Shown here piece after piece: positions 21,952 through 31,517 of a stretch of DNA of 64,000 bases. The position numbers and the translations under genes were made by a program. Position 1 is the first letter of the stretch. Every line of letters starts with the position of its first letter. The notes beneath the pieces are model-generated. The model searched no databases. It worked only from the letters and a program-made list of their open reading frames with translations, and was not told where the DNA came from. Location: the NCBI GenBank assembly GCA_965237955.1, contig OZ250169.1, positions 4,224,001 through 4,288,000 on the forward strand, read 5' to 3'. This DNA comes from Candidatus Marinacidobacterales bacterium (GTDB lineage: Bacteria; Acidobacteriota; Vicinamibacteria; Marinacidobacterales; SMYC01).

Positions 21952-22311
21952 GTCACCCTCTCCCTTTTCCTCTCAGAACCCCCGGTTTCCGATGAATTCG
22001 CGCACATTGTAAATGAAACCTCCGGGCCGCACGACGGAATCCGACGCTGAGTGGCTTCAGGCTTCCGGCGTCAGGCTACGGACCTGAAGTCGCGCTCCCA
22101 CCGCGCTAGCGGTTGAGTTCGAGAGGTGCTTCCGCCAACACTGGATTGCGGAAGCACCTTAAATACGCGCCGCGGGGGCCTAGTTTCCACAGCTTTCCGA
22201 CAGCGGTTTTCCACACGCTGATTCAGCCCAATCGGGGATCCTCGAGCCACATACGAAATCGATCCTCGGTTGCGTGGAATTCGCCGCTGCTGTGCCTATA
22301 CTGACTTCGAG

Positions 22312-22923
22312 ATGGTGGAAGCCGAGCCACGCCGCATCATCATCGTGGGCGACGATCGGCTGGCGATCGAGGGCTTGTCTCATGTCCTCGGGAACGAAAT
22401 CGACCCACGCCAAATCGTGACCGCCGCGCCGTCCGATGCGGCAGTCGACGAAGCCGATGTCTGCATTTGGGATCTCGGCGCCAACCCACCCGGCGAGCTC
22501 GAGCTGCCATCGGGACCCCCGGTCGTCGCGCTCGTTCCGGACGGAGCTCTCGCTCGTCAAGCGTTCGCGGCCGGCGCGCGCGGCGCGCTCCTGAGGGACG
22601 CTTCTGCCAGGCGGATCGCGCGTGCGATCGACGCCGTGCTCGACGGTCTCGTCGTCCTCGACGATGAGCTCGCCGAAGAAGCGATGCGACCGCCCCCGCC
22701 CATGTCGTCCGGCCTTACGACTATGGAGCCCCTGACACCCCGAGAGCTCGAAGTGCTCGAGCAGCTCGCGCTGGGGCTCTCCAATAAAGACATCGCAAGC
22801 CGGCTCGGCGTGAGCCCGCACACCGCCAAGTTTCACGTCAACTCGTTGATCAGCAAGCTCGGCGCCACATCGCGCACCGAGGTCGTCGCCATGGCGGCCC
22901 GCGCCGGTCTCGTCACGTTCTAA
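22312..22923 (+). CDS. NarL/LuxR-family regulator (atypical receiver plus LuxR HTH)
   Basis: LTPRELEVLEQLALGLSNKDIASRLGVSPHTAKFHV. The receiver has LLRD at the usual Lys position. Confidence 0.9.
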   Translation: MVEAEPRRIIIVGDDRLAIEGLSHVLGNEIDPRQIVTAAPSDAAVDEADVCIWDLGANPPGELELPSGPPVVALVPDGALARQAFAAGARGALLRDASARRIARAIDAVLDGLVVLDDELAEEAMRPPPPMSSGLTTMEPLTPRELEVLEQLALGLSNKDIASRLGVSPHTAKFHVNSLISKLGATSRTEVVAMAARAGLVTF

Positions 22924-22926
22924 AAA

Positions 22927-22957
22927 CTACCCGAATGGGTAGGCCGCACCTACCCAT
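22927..22957 (+). promoter_or_regulatory. NarL-type operator: three TACCC/GGGTA half-sites
   Basis: CTACCC-GAAT-GGGTAG overlaps ATGGGTAGG-CCGCA-CCTACCCAT, upstream of the protease pair. Confidence 0.65.
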
Positions 22958-23000
22958 TCTCCTGATGCGAGGGCGATAGCTTCACGGCTAATCTCGGTGC

Positions 23001-23876
23001 ATGAGCAACACACTAGACGCACTATCCCAAGACATCGCACGCATCGCTTCTAAAGCACACCCACGGGTCGTCGCGATCCACGGACGCCGTGTCGCTCCCT
23101 CAAGCGGGATCATATGGAACGGCGAAGGGATCGTGATCACCGCGGAGCACACGCTGGAATCCGACGACAGCTTCGAGCTGACGGAGGCGGGAGGCGCGCG
23201 CAAAAACGCCGCGCTCGTCGGGCGTGACCCCGGCACCAACGTCGCTGTCCTGCGAGCCACCGACCTCGACAAACCCGCACCGGATTGGACCGATACGAGC
23301 CGCCTCGAGGCCGGACACCTGGCCGTGGTCGTGGCGCCTCGCCGAGCCGGTCTCGTCGCCGTCAACGTGGTCGACGAAGAGTGGACCACCCGAAGCGGCG
23401 GCCGGCTCGATCGCTACATCGAGATCGACCCGAAACGCTTCCGCGGTTTCTCGGGAAGCCTTCTACTCGATTGCAACGGCCAGGCGCTGGGCATGAACAC
23501 CACCGGACTCGCGCGGCGCAAACCGTTGACGGTTCCCACGGAAACGCTTCGTCGCGTCGTCGACAATTTGATCGAGCACGGTGAGGTTCGCCGCGGATTT
23601 CTCGGTATCACCACGTCGCCGGTGCGACTTCCGGACACGGTGGAATCGCAAGCCGTCGGACTTTTGATCCTCTCAGTGCAACCAAAGAGTCCCGCCGCGG
23701 CGGCCGGGCTCTTTCTCGGTGACGTCGTCCTCGGAATCGAGAGCGAAATCGCGGAGAGCCCGATCGCACTCCTGACCTACCTCACCGAGGAGCGCATCGG
23801 TCAGAACGTCGACATGCGAATTCTCCGCGCGGGCGAAGAGAAAACCGTCAGCGTGCTACTAGGCAAAAGAAAATGA
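23001..23876 (+). CDS. HtrA-like S1C protease with PDZ domain, no signal peptide, possibly degenerate triad
   Basis: TAEH, DPGTNVAVL (Asn at the Asp position), GFSGS, PDZ SPAAAAGL. Confidence 0.85.
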   Translation: MSNTLDALSQDIARIASKAHPRVVAIHGRRVAPSSGIIWNGEGIVITAEHTLESDDSFELTEAGGARKNAALVGRDPGTNVAVLRATDLDKPAPDWTDTSRLEAGHLAVVVAPRRAGLVAVNVVDEEWTTRSGGRLDRYIEIDPKRFRGFSGSLLLDCNGQALGMNTTGLARRKPLTVPTETLRRVVDNLIEHGEVRRGFLGITTSPVRLPDTVESQAVGLLILSVQPKSPAAAAGLFLGDVVLGIESEIAESPIALLTYLTEERIGQNVDMRILRAGEEKTVSVLLGKRK

Positions 23877-24839
23877 TCGTCGACGTCGACGAAGCTGAGG
23901 TTCTAGACGCGTATTCGAAAGTGGTAACGCGCGTTGCCGAAGAGCTCAGCCCGTCGGTCGTCAAAGTCGACGTCGAGAAGGCCGAACGGAAGTCACGATT
24001 CCGTCGCCGCCGTGACTCCGGCAGTGGCTCGGGCTTCGTCTTCACGCCGGACGGTTTCGTGCTCACGAACAGCCACGTCGTTGCGGGCGCCAAGCGCATC
24101 GAGGTCACCCTCCTCGACGGACGTTCCTTCGAGGCCGATCTCGTCGGCGACGACCCGGACACGGATCTGGCAGTTGTCCGCATCGGTGCGCCCGACCTCG
24201 TAGCCGCCACGCTCGGAAACTCGCGCACGCTCAAAGTCGGTCAGATCGTCGTTGCGATCGGGAACCCGCTCGGTTTCCAATGCACGATCACCGCGGGCGT
24301 TGTGAGCGCGTTGGGCCGATCGCTCCGTTCTCAATCCGGTCGTCTCATCGAAGGCATCATTCAAACCGACGCCGCGCTCAATCCCGGAAACTCCGGTGGA
24401 CCACTCGTGAGCTCCGCGGGACGCGTCGTCGGCCTCAACACCGCGGCGATCATGGGAGCTCAAGGTCTGTGCTTTGCTATCCCGAGCGCGATCATCACGC
24501 ACACCGCGGGCGTTTTGATCCGAGATGGGCGATTACGACGAAGCTACATCGGTGTGCGCGGTCAGGACGTTCCCGTCTTGAGACGCCTGACGCGTGCTCA
24601 CGAGATCACGAACGAACGAGGCGTCCTGATTGTTTCTGTGGAGAAGCGCAGCCCCGCAGACGAAGCCGGACTTCGCGAGGGTGACATCGTCATCGCCCTC
24701 GACTCCACGCCGGTGCAAGGCATCGACGACCTGCTGCGTCTTCTAACCGAAGATCGCATCGGGAGTGACTAGCGAAGTGAAACTCCTGAGAGGCACGGAA
24801 ACGAGGACACTTTCGATCCAGCCCACTGAGAAGCCATAG
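23873..24839 (+). CDS. HtrA-like S1C protease with PDZ domain; +1 frameshift near 24762 trims the last about 25 aa
   Basis: TNSHV, DPDTDLAV, LNPGNSGGPL. The shifted frame continues GVTSEVKLLRGTETRTLSIQPTEKP to TAG 24839. Confidence 0.88.
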
Positions 24840-24842
24840 GCG

Positions 24843-24975
24843 CTAGTCCCCTGTATCAGAACAAACTAGACAAAGCAGAGCTTGCCGAAACCCTTCTAAG
24901 TGCATGAATCTTATGAATCTTATGGGCTGGCGAAAAGCCTAACTTTGTATAGTAATCAAAGATCCATGGGACTAG
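24843..24975 (+). mobile_element. 133-bp IS630-related MITE, copy 2
   Basis: Same sequence as 12596-12728 with a few substitutions; CTAG at both ends. Confidence 0.92.
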
Positions 24976-25056
24976 CGCTCGACGCCCAGCGGCGGGTCGT
25001 CGAACCATACATCGATCCTCGGACGACGCGTCCGCAGCCACTCCCGAGCTTGTCCC

Positions 25057-25135
25057 GGTAGAGTCAAAAAACTCATGCGGCTTCCCAAGGTAGTATCGGA
25101 GCAGTCCACCGAGCCGTTCCCGACAGCGAACGGGC
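25057..25135 (-). repeat. Remnant 3' end of the integrase-core element seen at 4062-4140
   Basis: GTCAAAAAACTCATGC…GTAGTATCGGAGCAGTCC.CCGAGCCGTTCCC is shared with 4070-4130. Confidence 0.8.
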
Positions 25136-25199
25136 CCTTCAACTCGAGTTTGGGCACCCTTCGGGGTGAATGGCAGCGAGCACTTCGCCTAGAGCGGCC

Positions 25200-26111
25200 T
25201 CACTGGTTCTGGTGTCGCACTGCCATTCCTGTGGCCACGAGCTCGCCGTTTCTGTGTCGGAGGCCACCCTCCGGCATCGGAGGACCGTCGTGATCTCTGA
25301 AGAACAAGGGCAGCCCCTCGGCGAAGTTGACCGGGTACGCCGCCGGGTCCTGTCGCTGATGATGGATGTGGATATGAGGCTCACTCGTGTTCCCGGAGTT
25401 ACCACAGCGCCCGATAGGCTGGCCCTCTTCGAGCAACTCTCCTGACGTCACCACCACGCTCCCTTCCTGGAGATGCGCAATGACTAGGTACGTTCCCGTC
25501 GTCGGCAGCTGGATCACGACGTGGTTGCCGAAGGGCGCTTTGAGATTCATCGAAGGCCGTCCGGGAACGACGTCCGGATCGCCATCATGAGAGGATGCGA
25601 CCGTCCCGGTCGCGGGAGCAAGGACCGGTACGTCGTAGCATCCATAGTCTTCCAGGTTCTCACTTCCAGTGAGATAGGGCGCGACGAACAGATCGTAGGC
25701 CCATCTCTGGTCCGGGACGATGGCGTGGTAGTTGACGTTGAGCGTGTCCCCACCCCACGCGACTTTGATAGGCTCGTTCGTCGGAAGCCGAACGGTTGCG
25801 GAGGGTGTCGTGGACTCGATGGAAGCGGGATAGGCAATGGCTAGAAACCCGAAGAACCAGGCGGCCGGTACCACCGCCGCCGCGCATCCGATGAGGCTGG
25901 CAAGAATGGTCCTGTCGAAACGCCGCTTCACCAGGGCGTAGACGGATACGACCAGCAACATAGCCAGCCCCAGGAGTGGCACCCCGATCTGAAACGTGTA
26001 CCAGGCGACGATGCCGGCCATCCCGCCACGAAGGATGACGACCCAGCAAAGACCCGAAGCTAGGAGGATCATCGCGAAGGGAAGCCATCTCAACCAGTTC
26101 GAGGTGTTCAC
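25200..26111 (-). CDS. Membrane-anchored M23 metallopeptidase
   Basis: Three TM segments, YH…WAYD, GNHV, AHL, GNSGNTSEPHIHIH. Confidence 0.85.
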   Translation of the reverse strand: MNTSNWLRWLPFAMILLASGLCWVVILRGGMAGIVAWYTFQIGVPLLGLAMLLVVSVYALVKRRFDRTILASLIGCAAAVVPAAWFFGFLAIAYPASIESTTPSATVRLPTNEPIKVAWGGDTLNVNYHAIVPDQRWAYDLFVAPYLTGSENLEDYGCYDVPVLAPATGTVASSHDGDPDVVPGRPSMNLKAPFGNHVVIQLPTTGTYLVIAHLQEGSVVVTSGELLEEGQPIGRCGNSGNTSEPHIHIHHQRQDPAAYPVNFAEGLPLFFRDHDGPPMPEGGLRHRNGELVATGMAVRHQNQ

Positions 26112-26434
26112 GCGCGCATTCTACGTCGGGAGAACGGTTTGCCGTGTTCGGTGCATGATTTCACATCAAGAAATCCCGTCGTACTTAGGAGTCGCGTGCG
26201 CCCAGTGTCTGGTTTTGCGGGACAGACCGCTGAGCCTGGGACCGATCGTGACGAGATGCCTCCCGCTCCGTGCTGCGCACCCGGTGTCGCCGAGGGGCTC
26301 TCTTATCTCCCGGAGTGATCTCGCATCTTTCAGGAAGGATCTCGTCGACGCTTGCCACCGGAAACAGAATTCCGTATGGTCAATAGAGGCCATAACCTCT
26401 CGGAAATCTCGAACCATCAAGGAGCTCAAGAGCT

Positions 26435-28225
26435 ATGGAGCTCGTGCATTGCCGCAGCTGCGACGTATTCAATCCGCCCGGGAGCACGGTGTGTCAGCAA
26501 TGTCACAAGCCGCTCTCTGAAGTCGCGGAGAATAGCCCATCCGCGCGACCTGAAGTCAAAGAGGGGCGGGATACCACTCCGGCGGAGGGTGCGGCACCCG
26601 CCGAATCGACGCCGCCTCCATTCGAAGCCTCCCCCGAGGTGCTCGCCCAGGTAGAAAGGCTGCAGCAGCGGATTGCGGAAAGCCCGGACGCCAAGGCTCT
26701 CTACCTGCAGCTTTCAAAAATTTACGTCGACACCGGCCGTAAGGACCTTGCCATCGGTGTTATGGAGCAACTCCTCACGGTAGATCCGAGAGACGTCTAC
26801 ATCCAACACCGGCTCGATCAGCTGAAGAACCCAGTGGCAGCTCCGGTGCCCTCGTCTCGCGGGACGGTGGCATCGCGTCCACGCCCGCGGCCGCGGCCAC
26901 CCTCCGGCCCATTGGAGAAGGCACGCGAGCTGGCGTTTCGTCGCCCGAAGCTCCTCGTCCTTGCGGCGGCGGGGATCCTCCTTGCAGTAGTGGTCATCCG
27001 GGTGTTGTTTCCCTCGACGCGTCTGATCGCATCGGGCGAGTTCCGGGCGTATGGGGCAGAGTGGTCCCCGACGGGTCGCCACTTCGCCTTCCTGATCGAG
27101 AAGAGCCAGAGCGTAGAACTGGCGGTCTATGACATGCGCGAAGACTCTTACCGGATCTTGAGCGATATCTCGGGATGGGACGCTTCGGCATTCGCCTGGT
27201 CGCCCGATGGGCAGCGTCTCGCCTACGAGGGAGACCCTGCCGAAGGGGACTGGCAGGAGACCATCTGGGTGGCCGAGGTTACGAGCGGCGAGACGCGCCG
27301 CGTAGGGAATGGCTCCTCCCCGGTGTGGTACCTCGACGGAGCGAACTTGCTCGTGGCTTGCACCCCGGAGTACGGCTCCGTAGATTTCGGCTCCGTTGGG
27401 AACTGGCTCGAGAAGTGGGCTCAGCCGTCTCATAACGTCTGCCGTCTCAATGTAGATACGGGACAGAGCCGGGACGTTGCGCAGGTCGACGCTCGGGACC
27501 TCTCGTTTTCTTCGGTGCTCAACAAGATCGCTTTCAACCATGTGGAGTTCGACGAGGGTGCGCTCGAGTCGGGCCTCGAGCTCCAACAACAGGAGTTCGA
27601 GGGCTTTATCGACAGAGTACTCTCGGATGACCCCCATAACGTTCTCGAGGGCACCCGGGATCTGTCGCGCGAGCTCGAGGCACGCAGCTACATGGAGGGG
27701 AAGCGAGGCGACGGATCCACGGAGCCGCCTCCCTTCACGAGCGACGTCTTCGTCATGGACCTCATCGGCACGCGACCGAGCCAGATCACGAACGATGGTC
27801 GCTCGTCATTCATTTCCTGGACTCCCGACGGTCGACGAATCCTCTACCAGACCGCCGGCGCCTCGGGAGCCGAAGTGTGGACGATGAATCCCGATGGTAG
27901 CGACCGGCAGGTGGTGATCCCCGCTTCGCTCGATATCGTCGACCCACGCTCGGTGAGGCTCACGGCGGACGGCAAGTACGCTCTGTTCGTCGCACCGGTG
28001 GAAGCGGATCTAGCGATGGCCAAAATCATGACCGGAGAGAGTCCAGCCGACGTACACATTGTGACCATCGGTTCGACGACCGCCACACGGCTCGAGAACC
28101 AGCACCCGTTCAAGCAACGGTACGCGCTGTCTCCTGACGGAAAGCGCTTCGTCTACGAGGTACTGACTGACGTCAAGCTTCTGCAGCGAGCCGCACACAG
28201 CGAGCTCTGGCTCATGTCCCGTTGA
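26435..28225 (+). CDS. Zn-ribbon plus TPR plus single TM plus TolB/PD40 beta-propeller protein
   Basis: CRSC…CQQC, TPR-like helix pair, Pro-rich linker, TM LLVLAAAGILLAVVVI, WSPTG/WSPDG/WTPDG/LSPDG repeats. Confidence 0.85.
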   Translation: MELVHCRSCDVFNPPGSTVCQQCHKPLSEVAENSPSARPEVKEGRDTTPAEGAAPAESTPPPFEASPEVLAQVERLQQRIAESPDAKALYLQLSKIYVDTGRKDLAIGVMEQLLTVDPRDVYIQHRLDQLKNPVAAPVPSSRGTVASRPRPRPRPPSGPLEKARELAFRRPKLLVLAAAGILLAVVVIRVLFPSTRLIASGEFRAYGAEWSPTGRHFAFLIEKSQSVELAVYDMREDSYRILSDISGWDASAFAWSPDGQRLAYEGDPAEGDWQETIWVAEVTSGETRRVGNGSSPVWYLDGANLLVACTPEYGSVDFGSVGNWLEKWAQPSHNVCRLNVDTGQSRDVAQVDARDLSFSSVLNKIAFNHVEFDEGALESGLELQQQEFEGFIDRVLSDDPHNVLEGTRDLSRELEARSYMEGKRGDGSTEPPPFTSDVFVMDLIGTRPSQITNDGRSSFISWTPDGRRILYQTAGASGAEVWTMNPDGSDRQVVIPASLDIVDPRSVRLTADGKYALFVAPVEADLAMAKIMTGESPADVHIVTIGSTTATRLENQHPFKQRYALSPDGKRFVYEVLTDVKLLQRAAHSELWLMSR

Positions 28226-28242
28226 GCCCCGTTTAGGCGACG

Positions 28243-29130
28243 ATGCTGGTTCTCCTTCCGTCGGGAACGGAGCAGCCGTTCCGCGCCGCGCGAGTCACGT
28301 TAGCGCTGATTGTCGTGAATCTGCTCGCCTTTCTGCTCACGTCCCCGAACGAGGGCCAAAAGCTCGCCGAGCGCGAAGCCGAGCTCGAGCGTATCGCCGA
28401 GTGGTCGCTACGACAGCCACGCCGGCAAAACGCCGAGCTCGATGAGCGAGCCAGTCGCTTCCCGACCACACTCGCCTTCCTTGACCAGGACGATTCGTGG
28501 CTATCCGAAGTCGAGGCGTCGGAGGAAAGGGAGCGGCTGAACTCGTGCCTCGAAGACTATCGAGAGATCCGGGTCAGTCATCCGTTCTATCGGCACGGTT
28601 TCGTACCTTCCGAAATCGGAATCCGGCAATTGTTTCTGCACCAGTTCCTGCACGCCGACTTTCTGCACCTGGCGTTCAACATGCTCTTCCTCTGGGCGGT
28701 CGGCGCCCTCGTGGAGCTGATCCTCGGCTATCGCCTCTTTCTCGCCGCTTACATCGCGAGCGGCGTTGCTGCGGCTCTGACACACGCCGCGCTCAACCCG
28801 GCGAGCTCCGAGCCGGCCATCGGCGCGTCGGGAGCAGTTGCCGGCGTGATGGGCATGCTCGCGGTCCTTCACGGGAGTCGCCCCATGCGCCTCGTGCTCG
28901 TCGCCATGGTGGCGCTCGCGCCGCGTATCATCTTCTTCTCGCTGCCGGCATACGCGTTCATCGGGCTCTGGTTGTTGGAGCAGATCTTCTTCGCCTCCTT
29001 GGGCTCGACCGTGCTCGGCGTCGCTTTCGGCGCGCATCTGGGCGGTTTCTTCTTTGGAACCCTCGCGGCGCTGGCTTACCGCGCGCTCCGCGGCACGCCG
29101 CGAGAGCTCGAGCTCGCGCCCGAGGACTGA
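28243..29130 (+). CDS. Rhomboid intramembrane serine protease
   Basis: FLHADFLHLAFNMLFL, GASGA (Ser), AHLGG (His). Confidence 0.93.
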   Translation: MLVLLPSGTEQPFRAARVTLALIVVNLLAFLLTSPNEGQKLAEREAELERIAEWSLRQPRRQNAELDERASRFPTTLAFLDQDDSWLSEVEASEERERLNSCLEDYREIRVSHPFYRHGFVPSEIGIRQLFLHQFLHADFLHLAFNMLFLWAVGALVELILGYRLFLAAYIASGVAAALTHAALNPASSEPAIGASGAVAGVMGMLAVLHGSRPMRLVLVAMVALAPRIIFFSLPAYAFIGLWLLEQIFFASLGSTVLGVAFGAHLGGFFFGTLAALAYRALRGTPRELELAPED

Positions 29131-29166
29131 GTACTTCGCCCTTCAGATATCGGATACTTCGCCGCG

Positions 29167-31233
29167 TTATGGATTCTCGGTAGGTTTCACCTCTACCTCT
29201 TCTTCCTCCGCGTCGCCCGGCGCCGTTTCCCAAACGTAGTCCCGATCCCTCACGTGCTTTTCGAACCAGTCGAGCTCGACGTTGACTTTGAAGAGCTCGT
29301 GCCGCAGCTCGCGCCATCCGTGGGGCTCGCGAGGAGCGATGTACAAATGCGTCGGCACGCCGTTCGCTTTGAGGGCACGATAGAGCTCGACGGATTGTGG
29401 CGGCGGCACGCGGACGTCGTTCTCACCCACGAGAATGATCGTCGGCGTCGTGACTTTGTAGATATCCTTCAACGGTGATTGTCCCCAATAGGTATCGATG
29501 GGCGCGTCCTCCTGCCACGGCGTGCCCCCGAACCACGGCGTCCGGTAGATGCGCACGTCGCTCTGCGCGTACATGGAGATCCAGTTGACCGCTCCCGCCC
29601 CCGACGAAGCGGCCTTGAAACGGTTGGTGTGGGTGATGATCTTGTTGGTCATGTGGCCGCCACCGCTCCAGCCCATCTTCGCCATCCGATCGCCGTCGAC
29701 GAAGCCTTCGTCGATCAGGTGATCGACGCCCGTCATCACGTCCAGATGGGACTGGCGAAAATAATGCCCCACCATGTCGCGCAGTACCTCGTCGCCGTAG
29801 CCGGTGCTTCCACGATAGTTGGGCTTGAGGACGAAGTACCCCATCGCGCTGAGCACCTGTACGTAACGGTTCCATCTCCCGAAACCGAACCTGTCCGACG
29901 ACGCCGGTCCGCCATGCGTCTGGACAACAAGGGGATGGCTCGTGCCTCCTTGGTAGTCCAGCGGATAATAAAGAAGACCCTCGACCTCCGCCCCGTCGTC
30001 GCCTTTCCACTGGATCGCCTCTTGCCGCGGGAGCTCGAAATCCTGGTCGAGATGGTCGTACACATGGGTAATCCGGACGGGACCGGCGCCTCCATCGGCG
30101 GGGATCGAGTGCACATCGCCCGCGTTCGTAGGCTCGTCGATACCGAAGATGTGTCTTTCCAGCTGCGGGACGTACTGCCAGCCTAACAGTGAATGGTCGC
30201 CCTGCGTCAACTGAGTGCTCGCCTCCGAAGCCACGTCGACTTTGAAGAGCTCGCTGCGTACTCCGGTGTTAGCCGCGAAGTAGATCGCCGAACCGTCCTT
30301 CGACCAGTAGGCGTTCTGGACCTCGTGAGGCATGTCCTCGACCAGCATCCGGTGCGCTCCGCCCGATGCCGGTACGAGGAAGATGTTGTCGTTGTAATAG
30401 GTCTCGAAATCCTCGTTCGAGTCGGAGCGAAAGAGGACCCACTGGCCGTCGGGCGAGAGCTCGGCCCCGTACTCCGAGACCGTATTGTCGGTGAGCTTCA
30501 CGGCCTCGCTTCCATCGGAGCTCATGAGCCACACTTCGCCCTCGTCCCGGTTGTCGAACAGAGGCGTCGGTGTGCGGTGGTGCGCGACCTTCGCGCCGTC
30601 GCGGGAAAGCCGGTAGCCACCGACGGAGAAATCACCGTCCGTGATGCGCTCCTCGGTTTTGGCTTCTACCGAGATGCGCCACAGATGTTGTTGCTTGTAA
30701 TCTTCGTCGAAGGCGAGAACATCGTCCTTCAGCTCGTCTTTCTTCTTTTCCTCGTCGGTCTTCGGGTCGGGCGCGACGAAATAAATGTGCTTGCCGTCCC
30801 GTGACCACTCGATCCTCGAGACCGAGGCGTCGTGCTCCGTCAGAGGCGCCGCTTCCCCGCCCTGGTTGCTGAGCAGATAGATCTGCGCGTTCTCTTCCTC
30901 ACCGCGCTCAGCGATGAAGGCGATGAGCCGACCGTCCGGCGACCACCGGGGACTTTGCTCCCCCTTCTCACCGTTTGTGAGCTGCACGGCGTCGCCACCC
31001 TCGGTGTCCACCCGCCAAATGTGACTCACCCGCTTGTTGGCCTTCCAGTCGGCCTCGCCGAGCGTGTAGACGAGCTGGCTTCCATCCGGAGACATCCGGG
31101 GTTCCCCGAGCCGCGGCACTTCGAGAAGATCGACGATCGTCATCGCGCGCTTCGTCTGCCCCAAGGCGAACGTCGACAAAAAACATCCCAGGAACAACAG
31201 AACGATTTTTCCCAAGGTCATGACGCCCTCCAT
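29167..31233 (-). CDS. Secreted S9 (acylaminoacyl/dipeptidyl) peptidase
   Basis: Signal peptide, PD40 propeller, HGGP, GWSGGG, GENDVRV, EPH. Confidence 0.93.
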   Translation of the reverse strand: MEGVMTLGKIVLLFLGCFLSTFALGQTKRAMTIVDLLEVPRLGEPRMSPDGSQLVYTLGEADWKANKRVSHIWRVDTEGGDAVQLTNGEKGEQSPRWSPDGRLIAFIAERGEEENAQIYLLSNQGGEAAPLTEHDASVSRIEWSRDGKHIYFVAPDPKTDEEKKKDELKDDVLAFDEDYKQQHLWRISVEAKTEERITDGDFSVGGYRLSRDGAKVAHHRTPTPLFDNRDEGEVWLMSSDGSEAVKLTDNTVSEYGAELSPDGQWVLFRSDSNEDFETYYNDNIFLVPASGGAHRMLVEDMPHEVQNAYWSKDGSAIYFAANTGVRSELFKVDVASEASTQLTQGDHSLLGWQYVPQLERHIFGIDEPTNAGDVHSIPADGGAGPVRITHVYDHLDQDFELPRQEAIQWKGDDGAEVEGLLYYPLDYQGGTSHPLVVQTHGGPASSDRFGFGRWNRYVQVLSAMGYFVLKPNYRGSTGYGDEVLRDMVGHYFRQSHLDVMTGVDHLIDEGFVDGDRMAKMGWSGGGHMTNKIITHTNRFKAASSGAGAVNWISMYAQSDVRIYRTPWFGGTPWQEDAPIDTYWGQSPLKDIYKVTTPTIILVGENDVRVPPPQSVELYRALKANGVPTHLYIAPREPHGWRELRHELFKVNVELDWFEKHVRDRDYVWETAPGDAEEEEVEVKPTENP

Positions 31234-31265
31234 GAATCAGAACGGCTAGTATACTTTCAGGTCAG

Positions 31266-31517
31266 CTACGCCCCCGGCCGGAGGCCGGGCCTATCAAGTA
31301 GGAAACTACCAAAGCTGGTAGAAAGGTTGTCGGTGAAGGCTCCGGCAGCGAGCCCCGTACTGTCATTGGTGCATGATGCCCCAGGGTCAGCTTGGGTCCG
31401 AGCCGGCTCCCTATCATTGGCGAGGCTTCCAACGAAAGCACTCCCCACGGTCAGAATCCATTCGATCGCCATCTCGGGCCGGAGCCTTCGCTCACAAAAT
31501 ACACTTGAGGTGAGCGA
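31266..31517 (+). ncRNA. Candidate IS110 bridge RNA
   Basis: Perfect 12-bp stem 31335-31346/31478-31489 enclosing two sub-domains, each containing GGTCAG, which matches the element junctions. Confidence 0.65.

Noticed and set aside
22051-22093. CTTCAGG…CCTGAAG hairpin as an sRNA or riboswitch
   Set aside because: Single short REP-like hairpin with no recognisable family motif.
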